Shown here piece by piece: positions 27,712-38,100 of a stretch of 64,000 nt of DNA. A model generated the notes under the pieces. That model saw nothing but the letters and a program-made list of their open reading frames with translations, was not told the DNA's origin and made no database searches. The position numbers and the translations under genes were made by a program. Every line of letters starts with the position of its first letter. Position 1 is the stretch's first letter. The DNA comes from an uncultured Clostridia bacterium (GTDB taxonomy: Bacteria; Bacillota; Clostridia; Christensenellales; Borkfalkiaceae), in assembly GCA_944343275.1 (NCBI GenBank), contig CALVMH010000003.1, positions 31,632-95,631 of the forward strand, written 5' to 3'.

Positions 27712-28902
27712 TTATGAATTTTCATCCTGCCCGTAAGAGGTCTTGTTTACCGTAACGCCTTGCACATTGCAAGCATCGGAAGGCAAGGTGCCCTCTCCGA
27801 CCACTGTTTTTTCGCCATTCGGGAACAAACTCTCCATAATCCCGAGCGGCTGCCCGCGATATTCCTCTATGATCGCAAAATTGAATGTTCCCGTGATTGT
27901 TACGTTTTCCACAGTCGCCCCCGACTGAACAGAACCCGCCAGAATCCCCGCCTGATAAGAGCACAGCGGATTATCGAGCGTCGCGGAATATGCAATGTCT
28001 GCAAACGTGATGTTGCGAATGGAGGCGCTTGCCCGCAAACTGCGGAACAGTCCGTAATACTGCAATTTCGCACTGCCGTTGACCGCCTGTTCCATTTTGA
28101 AATTTTTCAGCGTGACGCCGTTGCCCTCGATCTTCCCCGCATAATTTCCGGGGAGAGAGAACGATTTTCCTTGGAAATCCAATGTTGCATTCGTCATGAA
28201 ATAGAGATTTGTAAACTCGCTCAGGAACGTTTGCTGCAAATCTTCTACATCATAGATGAGCTTCCACGAACCGTCCAGCGTGTTTGCCCACAGTTCCGCC
28301 TGCGTCTTTTCGGGGGAGAAATACTCCTTCGTTTCAAACGGGAACGCAATGGGATTGGTCTCCGCCTCGGCGTCCGCCTTGGATGTGAACACGTCGATGA
28401 CCGTTGCACCCGTGATCTGGATGATCTTCAAAGGTACCGCATCGCCCGTGCTCGACTGTTCGACCGCGACCGTGGCGGTCTTTTCGTAATTTTCGCCGTA
28501 GTGCACGATGAAACTGTAATTGCTGTTCCAGCGCGCATAGAGTGTGATGTCGCTTGTGACGCGGTCGTGGGCGAAGTCCCACTCCTCGCCGTAATCGATG
28601 GTGCCGTCCGCATTCTCCGTGCCGCGATAGAAGGCATTGAACGTAAAATCGGTGCGCAGGGGCGCCTTGTCGGCTTTGTCGGACGACCCCGGTTCGAGCA
28701 CGAGGGAGTTGTCCCGCACATATTGGGTGAGTTCCTCCCGTTCGCCCGACTTGCCGCCTTGCAGATCGAAGGTGACGCAGTGCACATAGCCCATCTCGAT
28801 GAGGTCCTGAATGGTCAGCCGCTGCAAGCCGCACCCCGCAAGCGCAAGCCCGCAGGCAAGCACCGTCAGCGCGCCGATCAGCGCCAAACGTTTGCGTTTC
28901 AT
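27712..28902 (-). CDS. surface lipoprotein with Listeria-Bacteroides (Flg_new) repeat and beta-helix/GLUG-like C-terminal region
   Basis: Lipobox LALAGC. Flg_new pattern VTFDLQGGKSG...FTFNAFYRG...DITLYARW. Later YYGLFRSLRASASIRNITF. Start ATG 28902 forms an ATGA overlap with the upstream gene. Confidence 0.65.
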   Translation of the reverse strand: MKRKRLALIGALTVLACGLALAGCGLQRLTIQDLIEMGYVHCVTFDLQGGKSGEREELTQYVRDNSLVLEPGSSDKADKAPLRTDFTFNAFYRGTENADGTIDYGEEWDFAHDRVTSDITLYARWNSNYSFIVHYGENYEKTATVAVEQSSTGDAVPLKIIQITGATVIDVFTSKADAEAETNPIAFPFETKEYFSPEKTQAELWANTLDGSWKLIYDVEDLQQTFLSEFTNLYFMTNATLDFQGKSFSLPGNYAGKIEGNGVTLKNFKMEQAVNGSAKLQYYGLFRSLRASASIRNITFADIAYSATLDNPLCSYQAGILAGSVQSGATVENVTITGTFNFAIIEEYRGQPLGIMESLFPNGEKTVVGEGTLPSDACNVQGVTVNKTSYGQDENS

Positions 28903-31900
28903 GCTTCCCCTCCCGTCGTTCCGATCGCTTGTATCGTCCTCAATGTTTTCCAACCGTAAGCCGCCTGATAATCGTCCACACTTCCCGCGGGCACATACAC
29001 CGTGACCTTGGCAGCGTCGTCAAACACGGGAAGGTAGTAATCTTCCACCTTTTCCTCTGCGACGTCCTCTTCGCTGCCGGGATAGCCATTCTCGAATGTA
29101 TCGGGGTCGGCGATGATGCCGAAGAGCGCAGGGATTGCAGAATACACGGTGAACGCCTCCAGATTCTTGCAGCCCGTAAAGGCATACGCCCACACCTCGG
29201 AAAGGCTGCTGGATGCGCTGTCCGTTCCGAAGGTGACGGATTGCAGTTCGGCGCAGTCCATAAAGGCATACGCGCCGACGCTTGTAAGGCTTGCAGGCAG
29301 GGCAAGCTGCGTCACGCCGCAGCCATAGAAGGCATTCGATGCGATCGCCGTAAGGGTGCTGTTTCCCGCAAACGTCAGCGTGAATCCCGCGACGGGCGTG
29401 CCGTGCGTTACGGCGCCCGGCTGCTGTTCGGCGGAAACGGGCACCCACAGCTCCGCCATGCCCAGCCCGTAGAACGCCTCCTGCCCGATCTCGGTAACGG
29501 TTGCGGGAATGGTGAGGCTTGTCACTTCGGAACGGTAGAGGATGTAGGTATTGTTGTCCTCGCCGACTTCGCCCGCGGTGTACGCCGCATAGAACATGGC
29601 GGACGGGACCTTGGTAAGTTTCCCCAAATCGATGGTTTTCAGCCCCACGATCTCCGCAAAACTTGCCGCTCCCGCCGTGACTGCCTCCGTCGCATTGAGT
29701 CTGACTTCCGTAAGTCGCGTGCCGCGGAACGCCATGTCGCCGATTGTGGTCGCTTCGGAAAGGTCCGCCTGCGACACTTTGGTCATGTAGTAGGAGAAGG
29801 CGCCGTAGCTTTGAATTTCGCTCCCTTCGGGCAGGATGACCGTTTCCAGACTTTCGAGCAGGGCAAACGCCATATCGGGAACGGCTGTCCGTTCTGCGCC
29901 CGTGATCGTCAGCGTTTTCAGCCTGGAGGGCAGCCTGCTCACGCCGGAGACGCCCAGTGCGGCATATTGTTCGTCGGTGGTCGCGGACCAGGACATCCGC
30001 GCGCCGAACACATAGCCCATGTAGGAATTCCGGGCGCCGTCGCCGATGCAGGGAACGGTGAGCGCGGTGAGCTGCTGCATGTTCCCGAACGCCGCAAAGC
30101 CGATGCTTGCAGCCGAAGGGACAGTCAGCTCGGTGATGCTGCTGCCGTAGAGGGCATAGTCCGCAACGGCGGTAATGCTTTCGGGAAGGGTGAACGCGCC
30201 CGTGACGGAGCAGGAAACGGCATAGAGCGTGTTGTCCTGCGTCAGCATGCCGTCCTTGACCGCAACGGCGGTGCTGCCGCCCGTAAACTCCGCGATGGGC
30301 GTTCCGAGGAAGAGCCCCGCGCCGATGCTCCGCAAGGTCTGCGGCACCGCAAACGCCGTCATCGCCGTGTATGCAAACGCCTGCTTGCCGATGCTTGTCA
30401 GCCCTTCCGCCGTCACCGTCTCCAAGCCCGACGCGCCATAGAAGGCGTAGTCGGCAATGGTGGTCGCCTCCGTCAGGGTGACGGAAGTCAGCGTCGCGGG
30501 GATGTACAGGCTGTGCGTGCCGCCCGTTGTCATGTTCTCCGCCTCCGCCGCGCCGAAGCCCGCCGCAAGGAAGGAAGCGCCGTCAAACTGCAATGTGCGC
30601 AAGGTCAGGCGTTCCACGTTGTTCAGCCCGACGAGCGCGCCCGCCGCAATCTTCGTCGCCGGCGAGAGATCGACGTCCGTCAGCGCGGATGCCGCCTCAA
30701 ATGCATACGCCGAAACCTCCGTGCATTTTTCAGGCAGCGTGAAGGAAGTTTCCGCCGTCTCCCCCGCCGCATAGCGCAGGAGCGTTGTGCTTATTTTATC
30801 ATACAGGCTGCCGCCTTGAACGGAGTAGACACGGTTTGAGGTGTTGACGCCGATGACGGCAAGGCGCGTGCAGCCCGCAAAGGCGTTGGCGCCGATCTCG
30901 AACACGCCGCCCAGCGCAATGTTTACAAGCGCCGAGCACCCGTCAAACGCCTGCGCGCCGACTTCTTGGATATCTTCTACGGAAAGCGTGGTGAGCGACG
31001 TGCAGTCGGCAAACGCCTTTTCGCCGATTTCTTCCACGCTCAGCTCGTTGAGAATGCGGACGGTCTCCCAATTTTCGTCAAGTTCTTCGCGCTCGGAGAG
31101 CACGGCGAGCTTGGCACAGCCCATGAAGCACCCTTCGGGGATTTCTGAAAGTTCCGCAATGCTGCCGATGTCCGTAAGGCGCGTGCAGCCCGCAAAGGCG
31201 TACTCGCCGAGCATTTCGGCTGCGGTCAGGTCCACCGACGTGAGGTACGCGCACCCGTAGAAGGCTGCATCCCCGATCGTTGTAACGCTTGCGGGGAGGT
31301 CTGCCGTGCGGATGTCTTTCTCATGGAAGGCATATGCCGCAACGGACGTGACAGGCTTGCCTTCATAAACATTCGGAACGACGACGTCCTGCGCCGTGCC
31401 GTCGTAACGGGTGACGACGCCGTTTTCCACCTGCAAACCCTTGGTGTAGAACGCGGTATAGAGCGTGAGCTCGCCCGAAAGCGTGCCGCTCGTATATTCC
31501 TGCGTCATCGTTTTATTCGTATACCACTTGTTCGTGGTGACAAGGTCGTCCCTGCCCGCAAAGAAATCGGGCGCTTTCCATTGCGCATTGTTTTCAAACA
31601 CTTCTTCGCCGAGCAGTTTTCCGTTGCCGTAGTAGGTGACGAAGGCATAGTTTGCGCTGTCCTTTTCCCACCTGGCGTACAGCGTCATGCTCGCCGCGGG
31701 GAAGGTGTTGAATGCAAACGCTTCCCCCGTGCCGTCCTTGTCCACGTACCAGCCGACGAACGTATATCCTTTGCGCTGCGGCGCGTCCGGCGCACGGAAC
31801 CCGCTGCCGCCCGCAACCCCGATGTCGTCCTTGATGAGGGCGTCGGCAGGGGCATCGTACCCCAGATCGTAGGAGACGCGCACGCTCTCCTCCGGAAGCC

Positions 31901-32183
31901 AGCCCGCATAGACGGTGATGTCCTGCGCGGGCATCTTGCCGAAGGTGTACGGCTCCGAAAGCGCGGCATCGGCATACCAATCGTCAAAGGTGAACATCTT
32001 TTTGGACGGGTCGGCGGGACGCGTGACGCGTTCCCCCGCCGAAAGCGTCTGCGATGCGACCGCGGTGCCGCCGCGCGTATCAAAGGTCACGGTGTAGGTG
32101 TCCGTTCCGCCGCATGCCGCGAGAATTCCGCCCGCAAGCGCCGCCGTCAGCAGTCCGAGAAGCAGAAATTTCAGCTTTTTCAT
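28899..32183 (-). CDS. surface lipoprotein with two Flg_new repeats and many BspA-type leucine-rich repeats (LRR_5)
   Basis: Lipobox GILAAC. Flg_new repeats YTVTFDTRGGT...FTFDDWY...ITVYAGW and GYTFVGWYVD...MTLYARW. These are followed by repeated IG..AF.GC..LT.v.l modules. Confidence 0.75.
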   Translation of the reverse strand: MKKLKFLLLGLLTAALAGGILAACGGTDTYTVTFDTRGGTAVASQTLSAGERVTRPADPSKKMFTFDDWYADAALSEPYTFGKMPAQDITVYAGWLPEESVRVSYDLGYDAPADALIKDDIGVAGGSGFRAPDAPQRKGYTFVGWYVDKDGTGEAFAFNTFPAASMTLYARWEKDSANYAFVTYYGNGKLLGEEVFENNAQWKAPDFFAGRDDLVTTNKWYTNKTMTQEYTSGTLSGELTLYTAFYTKGLQVENGVVTRYDGTAQDVVVPNVYEGKPVTSVAAYAFHEKDIRTADLPASVTTIGDAAFYGCAYLTSVDLTAAEMLGEYAFAGCTRLTDIGSIAELSEIPEGCFMGCAKLAVLSEREELDENWETVRILNELSVEEIGEKAFADCTSLTTLSVEDIQEVGAQAFDGCSALVNIALGGVFEIGANAFAGCTRLAVIGVNTSNRVYSVQGGSLYDKISTTLLRYAAGETAETSFTLPEKCTEVSAYAFEAASALTDVDLSPATKIAAGALVGLNNVERLTLRTLQFDGASFLAAGFGAAEAENMTTGGTHSLYIPATLTSVTLTEATTIADYAFYGASGLETVTAEGLTSIGKQAFAYTAMTAFAVPQTLRSIGAGLFLGTPIAEFTGGSTAVAVKDGMLTQDNTLYAVSCSVTGAFTLPESITAVADYALYGSSITELTVPSAASIGFAAFGNMQQLTALTVPCIGDGARNSYMGYVFGARMSWSATTDEQYAALGVSGVSRLPSRLKTLTITGAERTAVPDMAFALLESLETVILPEGSEIQSYGAFSYYMTKVSQADLSEATTIGDMAFRGTRLTEVRLNATEAVTAGAASFAEIVGLKTIDLGKLTKVPSAMFYAAYTAGEVGEDNNTYILYRSEVTSLTIPATVTEIGQEAFYGLGMAELWVPVSAEQQPGAVTHGTPVAGFTLTFAGNSTLTAIASNAFYGCGVTQLALPASLTSVGAYAFMDCAELQSVTFGTDSASSSLSEVWAYAFTGCKNLEAFTVYSAIPALFGIIADPDTFENGYPGSEEDVAEEKVEDYYLPVFDDAAKVTVYVPAGSVDDYQAAYGWKTLRTIQAIGTTGGEA

Positions 32184-32186
32184 GGC

Positions 32187-35100
32187 TTAACCCCTCCTCT
32201 TCTTGCTGCGCACGAGCAGCACGACGCCCACGGCAATGCCCGCAAGCAGCACCGCGCCGCCCACCGAAAGTCCGACGATGAGCCCGACGTTTGTCCCCGC
32301 AGGTTCTTCGGGCGGCGTCTCGTCGCCGCCGTCATCCGGCGTTTCGGGCTGCACGGGCGGCAGCGCAGCCTTGGCTGCAAGCAGCGTTGCGTATTCGTCT
32401 TTGACGAACGCCTGCTGCGCCGAACCGAGCGCCGCGTAGATGCGTTCGAGAACGGTGATGGTTTCCCTGTCCGCCTCGGTGATGTCCGCAGGCAGCGGCA
32501 GGGCGCCGACACGGTCCGTAAAGTCGATGGCGCTGCGCGAAATGGCGACCTCCTCCGAGACGACGAACTGCGAACCGCTGCCGTTGATGTCTCCGAAGTA
32601 CTGCTGCCAGATATAGGCGTCGTACCCCGTGTGGTTGGCGGGAACGGTGATTTTCAGCTGGCTGTAAACGAGCGCTCCGTTCTGCGCTTCGCCGATGGCG
32701 GCGATGAAGTTGTTGTAGATGTTGACGTCGCCGTCGCTCACGACGCCCGCGGCGGGCGCGTAGGCATAGCTCTCCAACGTGGGCGCGGTGGCGGCGTTGA
32801 GCACGACGGACGTAAGGTTTGTGCAGCCGAGGAACGCCGCGGCGCCGATGATGCGCAGATGCGCGGGCAGCGTGACCGTTGTAAGATGCTTATTCCCCGC
32901 GAACGCATAGGCGCCGATGCGGATGGTGCGATCGCGCACCGTGAACTGCGAATCCTCTTTCCCTTCGGGATAGGCAACAAGCGAGACATAGCCGTTGCTG
33001 CCCGTGTTGCGGTATAGCACGCCGCCCTCGGCGAAATACCATGCGTTGCCTTCCGCAACGGTGATGGCTTCCAGCTCACGCGCCTCTGCGAATGCGCGTT
33101 CCGAGACCGACACGACGGAGGCGGCAAGCTCGAACGTGCTGACCTGCGAATTTTGGAACGCATAGGCGCCGAGCGTTTTGAGCTTGGGCAGGTCGGCGCT
33201 TACCGCATCCGTTCCCGCAAAGGCATACGCCCCCACTTCTTCCGCATTTTCAAAATCGATCGCACCGATCCCGGTCGCATAGAACGCCCCTTCACCGATG
33301 GATCGGACGTTTTTGAAGTTCACTGCGCCATTGCCCGTTCCGATCTTGCTCTGATACCAGAAGGCATACGCGCCGACGCGCTCCGCGTTGGGGAAGGATG
33401 CCGTCGTCATTTGGGCAGAATTTGCAAGCCCCGTGATCGTGCCGTCCTCCTTCGTTTCGAACAGGGCGAAGGCGTAAGCGCCGATCTCCCTGACGGTCTG
33501 AGAGGACGCCTCCGTGAGAAAGACGTTGCGGAAGGCATAGTCGCCGATCGTCTCGATGCCGTCAAAGTCGAACGTGGTCAGTCCCGTGCCCTCGAAGGCG
33601 TGGCTGCCGATCTCGGTGACGCTTACGGGAAGGGTGATGGTTGTCAAATCCTTGCAGCCGAGGAAGGCGGCATCGCCGATGCGCTCCAGCTTCCATACGC
33701 CGTCCGTGACATTCGTAAAGGTGATGGTGCTCAGCCCCGTGCCCGCAAAGGCATAGCTGCCCAGCTCCTCGACGGAGACGGGAACGGTGATTTGGGTCAG
33801 CTGTTCGTTATAGGCGAACATGCCCGCTGCAACGGTGCGAAGGCCGCTGCCGAGACCCACGGTCGTCAACGCGGCGCAGTTTGCAAATGCGTTCGCGCCC
33901 ACGGCAGGATCGCCTTCAAACGTGACGGATGAGATGCCTTCTCCCACTGCCGTGACCATGACGGAATATTCCGCCTTCTGCGTGTAATACTCCGACGCGA
34001 GATCGGTATACTCCTCCACGGAGATATAGGTCGTCTCGCCGCTGTCGTCCTGCTGTGCAAGATAGCCGTTGTAGGTGAACGCCCCCGCGCCGAGGTAGGA
34101 AAGCCCTGCGGGCAAGGTCACCTCTGTCGCGCTCAAAAACGGCGTGTTGGCAAAGGCATAATCGCCGATGTAGGTGACGTTTGTCAGGTCGGGCAGCGCC
34201 GTGATATAGGACTGCTCGAAGGCGTCGTTGCCGATGTAGCGCAGCTTCCCGCCCGTCAGCGTGACGTTGGACGTCAGCTGCATTTCGGAAGGGATCTCCC
34301 CCTGCCCCGTCGCTGCTTCATCATATGCCAGATAATGCGTCCCGAGCGAGAAGAAGGCGTAGTCCTCGATGACTTCCACGTTGGTAAGGTCAATGGAGAA
34401 CGTGCTGAGCACTTCCTTGCCAGATGCGTCATAGCCGTGATTGGTCAGCCCCGCAAAGGCATTGGCACCGATGGTGCGCACGGTAGCGGGAACGGTGAAT
34501 TTCTCGTCCACGCCCGCCGCCACGGGATAGGCGACAAGTTTGGTCATTGCGGCGTTATAGAGCACGCCGTCCTTGGAAGAGAAGTACTTGTTGCCCGCCT
34601 CCACGGTAAACTCCGCAACGGGAATGCCGTAGAAGGCGGCAAGCCCCGTTTCGCGGATGCGGGCATCCTTGGCGATGATGAGCTTCGCAACGCCCGTTGC
34701 ATAGAGCGTCTGCGAGCCCAAAATTTCCAGCCCGTTCGGGATGGTGAAACTTGCCAGCGCGGAGCAGCCCGCAAACGCCTGGTCGGCAATTTCGTACACC
34801 GTTTTCAGGAACGTGACCTGCGAAAGCGCGGTACAGCCGTAGAACGCCTGCACGCCGATGGTGTCCACATCGCCCGTGAAGACGACGCTTTGCAGCGCCG
34901 TACAGAAGGCGAAGGCGGCGTCGCCGACGTTTTTGGAGCCGATCTCCACGCGTTCCAGCCCCGTGCAGTAGGCAAACGCGAGGGCGTCCGCCGTGGTGTT
35001 TTCGGAGAGGACAAGCTCCGTAAGCGACGAGCAATAGGCGAATGCCTGTTCGCCGACGATGCCCGTCTTGGAGAGGTCCACGGACCGCAGCGACGTACAT

Positions 35101-38100
35101 CCGTAGAACGCCATGTTGCTGATGAACGTGGTGCTTGCGAGGTCATACTCCCCGTTCGGCTCCTGCGTGCGCGACGTGCCGTTGAAGCCGAGTTCGAGGC
35201 TTTCATCATAGATGAACGCGCGCGAGCCGATGATCTTGACGTTGTTGAGCCCGTGCACCGTTTTGAGCTTGGGGTTCCAGCCCATGCCGAAGGTCTGGAT
35301 CTGTTCGAGCGTGGAGGGCAGCCATACCGTTTCGAGATTGTCGCACCCGTAGATGGAGGCGTTCATGATGTACTGCACGCCCTCCGGGATGATAATCTCG
35401 GTGATATAGTCGTTGTCGAAGAAGGCGTTCGGATAGATGTAGACGATGCCCAGATCGTCGGGGATCTCCACGACGCCGTTTTCATCCCCCCTGCCCGTGT
35501 AGGAGCGCAGGTAGATGCCGTCCACATAGAACTCCTGCTTGACGGTGACGGAACAGGAGGCGCTTGCATAGCTGGGTCTTGCCCTGACGGAGACGGACGC
35601 ATTGCCCGACTCCTTTGCCGTGACCGTCGCACAGAATGCGTCGTCCACCCATTTCCCGTCCGCCCCTTCGTATCCGGGGCACACTTCGATGTTGGAGCCG
35701 GACGCCGACCATGCATCCGTCAACTGTGCTATGATCTCGTTGTACAGTTCTTTGTTGAGCGATTGCAGATTATAGGGCTGCAGCGTGAAGGAGACAACGC
35801 GCGATTCGCCGCGTTCGAGCACGAGGGAGGAATCGGATAAGGTGACGGAGACGTCGTTCTTGCCGATGGTCGCCGTGCGGGCGCTGACGTTGACGGTGAA
35901 CGTGAGTTTTGCCCTTTCGTTCCCCTGCGGATACACGGTGATGGTCGTCGTGCCCGTTTTCAGACCCGTGACGACGCCGTAGTCCTTCTCCTGCGCCCCT
36001 TCCGTTCTGAAATCGGCGACGGTGGCGACGCTTGTATCGGAGCTTTCCCAGACGAGGGGCTTCGACCAATAATTTTCCACGAAGTTGCCGCCGATGTCCG
36101 ACTTGACGGTGATATACTGCGCCAGATCGAGACGGCTGCCTTGGTCGATGGTGTATTCGTCACGCGCGGTACGCGTCTTTTCGAGCTGCATGTCCGTGCC
36201 CTCGATCTGACAGTCGTTCACGTTGACGGCATACGTTGTGGTGTTCTTGGCATAGTCCATGACCTGCAGATAGATGTTGCCGCCATGTTCCTGAATGACC
36301 GACCAATACGCCGAGACGTCGAGTTCGAGCGAAGTGACGTCGTTGAGTTCGGGATCGAAGTAATAGGCGGGAATGACGCCGTCCGACAGCTCGACCAGCC
36401 CGACGGGGGAACCGTTTGCATCCAGATGATCGTAAGTATAGACGGCAAAGCCCTGCAGATAGTGATTGTCGTATACGTTGAATTGCAGCGTCTTGTCCCC
36501 GTCGTCGTCGCGGACATAGGTGTCCTGCACGACGGGCGCCTCGTTGTCGATGGTGAAATCAAAGGAGAATGTGTTCTTGTTGCCCTTGCCTTCGTCCCAA
36601 TCGAGGTAGCACTCCATCGAGAAGGTGTACACGGAGTTGTTGGCAAGCCCCAATTCGCGCACGTCGAATTCGACCAGCACATAGCCGCCCGACTGCTCGC
36701 CGCCCGAAGAATAGGACTTCCTGCCGTTGTAGCCCGTCTTGGTCCAGATGACCTCCCCCGTAACGCTGTCCGTCACCTGCATGTCGATGCGCTTTGCGCC
36801 GCGCAGCAGACCCGCCGCAATGGAGTGGATCATGTAGTTGCCGTATTCCGAACCCGAGGAGGTGAGCGAAGCATACCGCTCCACCGTAGGCGGCATGGAA
36901 TAGCCCTGCGGAAGGACATAGCTGTATGCGCCCATGCCCCACGAACTGAGCGTCTGTTCGCCGTTCTCGTCCTGCGAATTGAAGCCCGCCATGGGCAGCG
37001 TCGCATAGACGTCGGGCTGCAGCTTGTCCTCGTCTAGCACGGACGTATCTTCAAACGATGCGCCCACTTCGTATTCGGTGACGTCGAGCATGGGTGCCGC
37101 CGCCCAATCGCCGTAGAAGGCGAGGAAGGGCAGGTTGAGCCCGATGCCGTCCGCGTTCATGGAGTTGAGGCGGACATACCCTTCGACGTACATGCCGTTC
37201 TTGAAATTTTCGTCAAGATAGCGCTTGGAACTCTCCGTCAGCTGCAGCCGCACCTGCACCTTTGCCGTGGAATACCCGCCCAGCGACAGGGACGCCCCCG
37301 CGATCTCCGCGCTGCCCTCCGTGGCAGTGGCGTCATAGGTATACGCCGCGTCCAGCAGAGACGAAAGTTCGGCGACCGTTCTGCCGTCGCTCGACATGCT
37401 CTCCGTGAACACGACGGGATCGAGCACATAGTTGAGCGACTGCGCAGACATGTTGGTGATGTTGAATTCGAGCACATATTCGCCCGTGCGGTTGGGATCG
37501 TCCCCCAACGAGAGCTTGGGCTTGTTGGACGCCTGCCCGCGCAGATCGTTCGCGTCGTCCTTGGGGACGGCGGGATTGGGCGAGGAAGGCGCGTCCACCG
37601 TGAGGTATGCTTTGGTGGTGATGGACTTGACGATGTCCGCAAGCCCCGCGCCCTGCTTTCTCGGAGAATAGGGATTGCCGTATTCGTTGTTGGCGATGGT
37701 CGCCGTGCTCATGATGAGGCTGTACGACAGATCGCGCACTTCCGCCGCCGTCAGCGTCGGGTCAAGCTCCTTGACGTACTGCCGCACGAGGATGAGCGCC
37801 CCCACGAGGTTGGGGCATGCCATGGACGTTCCGCTGATGGTATCGTATTCGTCCCCGCCGGGGAAGGAAGAGGTGATCTCCCCGCCGTGCGCCGTGATGT
37901 CGGGCGCGAGCGTCAGGTCGGGCAGCACCCCCCACGAGGAGAAGTCGGACATGAAGGGACCCGCGAGCTGCTCGCGCGAGACGGTCAGCGTGCCGCTGCC
38001 GCGTTCGGCGAGGATGCTGCCGTAGTCCATGGAGATGAGGCAGCTGGGAATGGTCTTTTGCGTGCCGACGGAAACGCTCAGCGTGCCCGATACATTATTA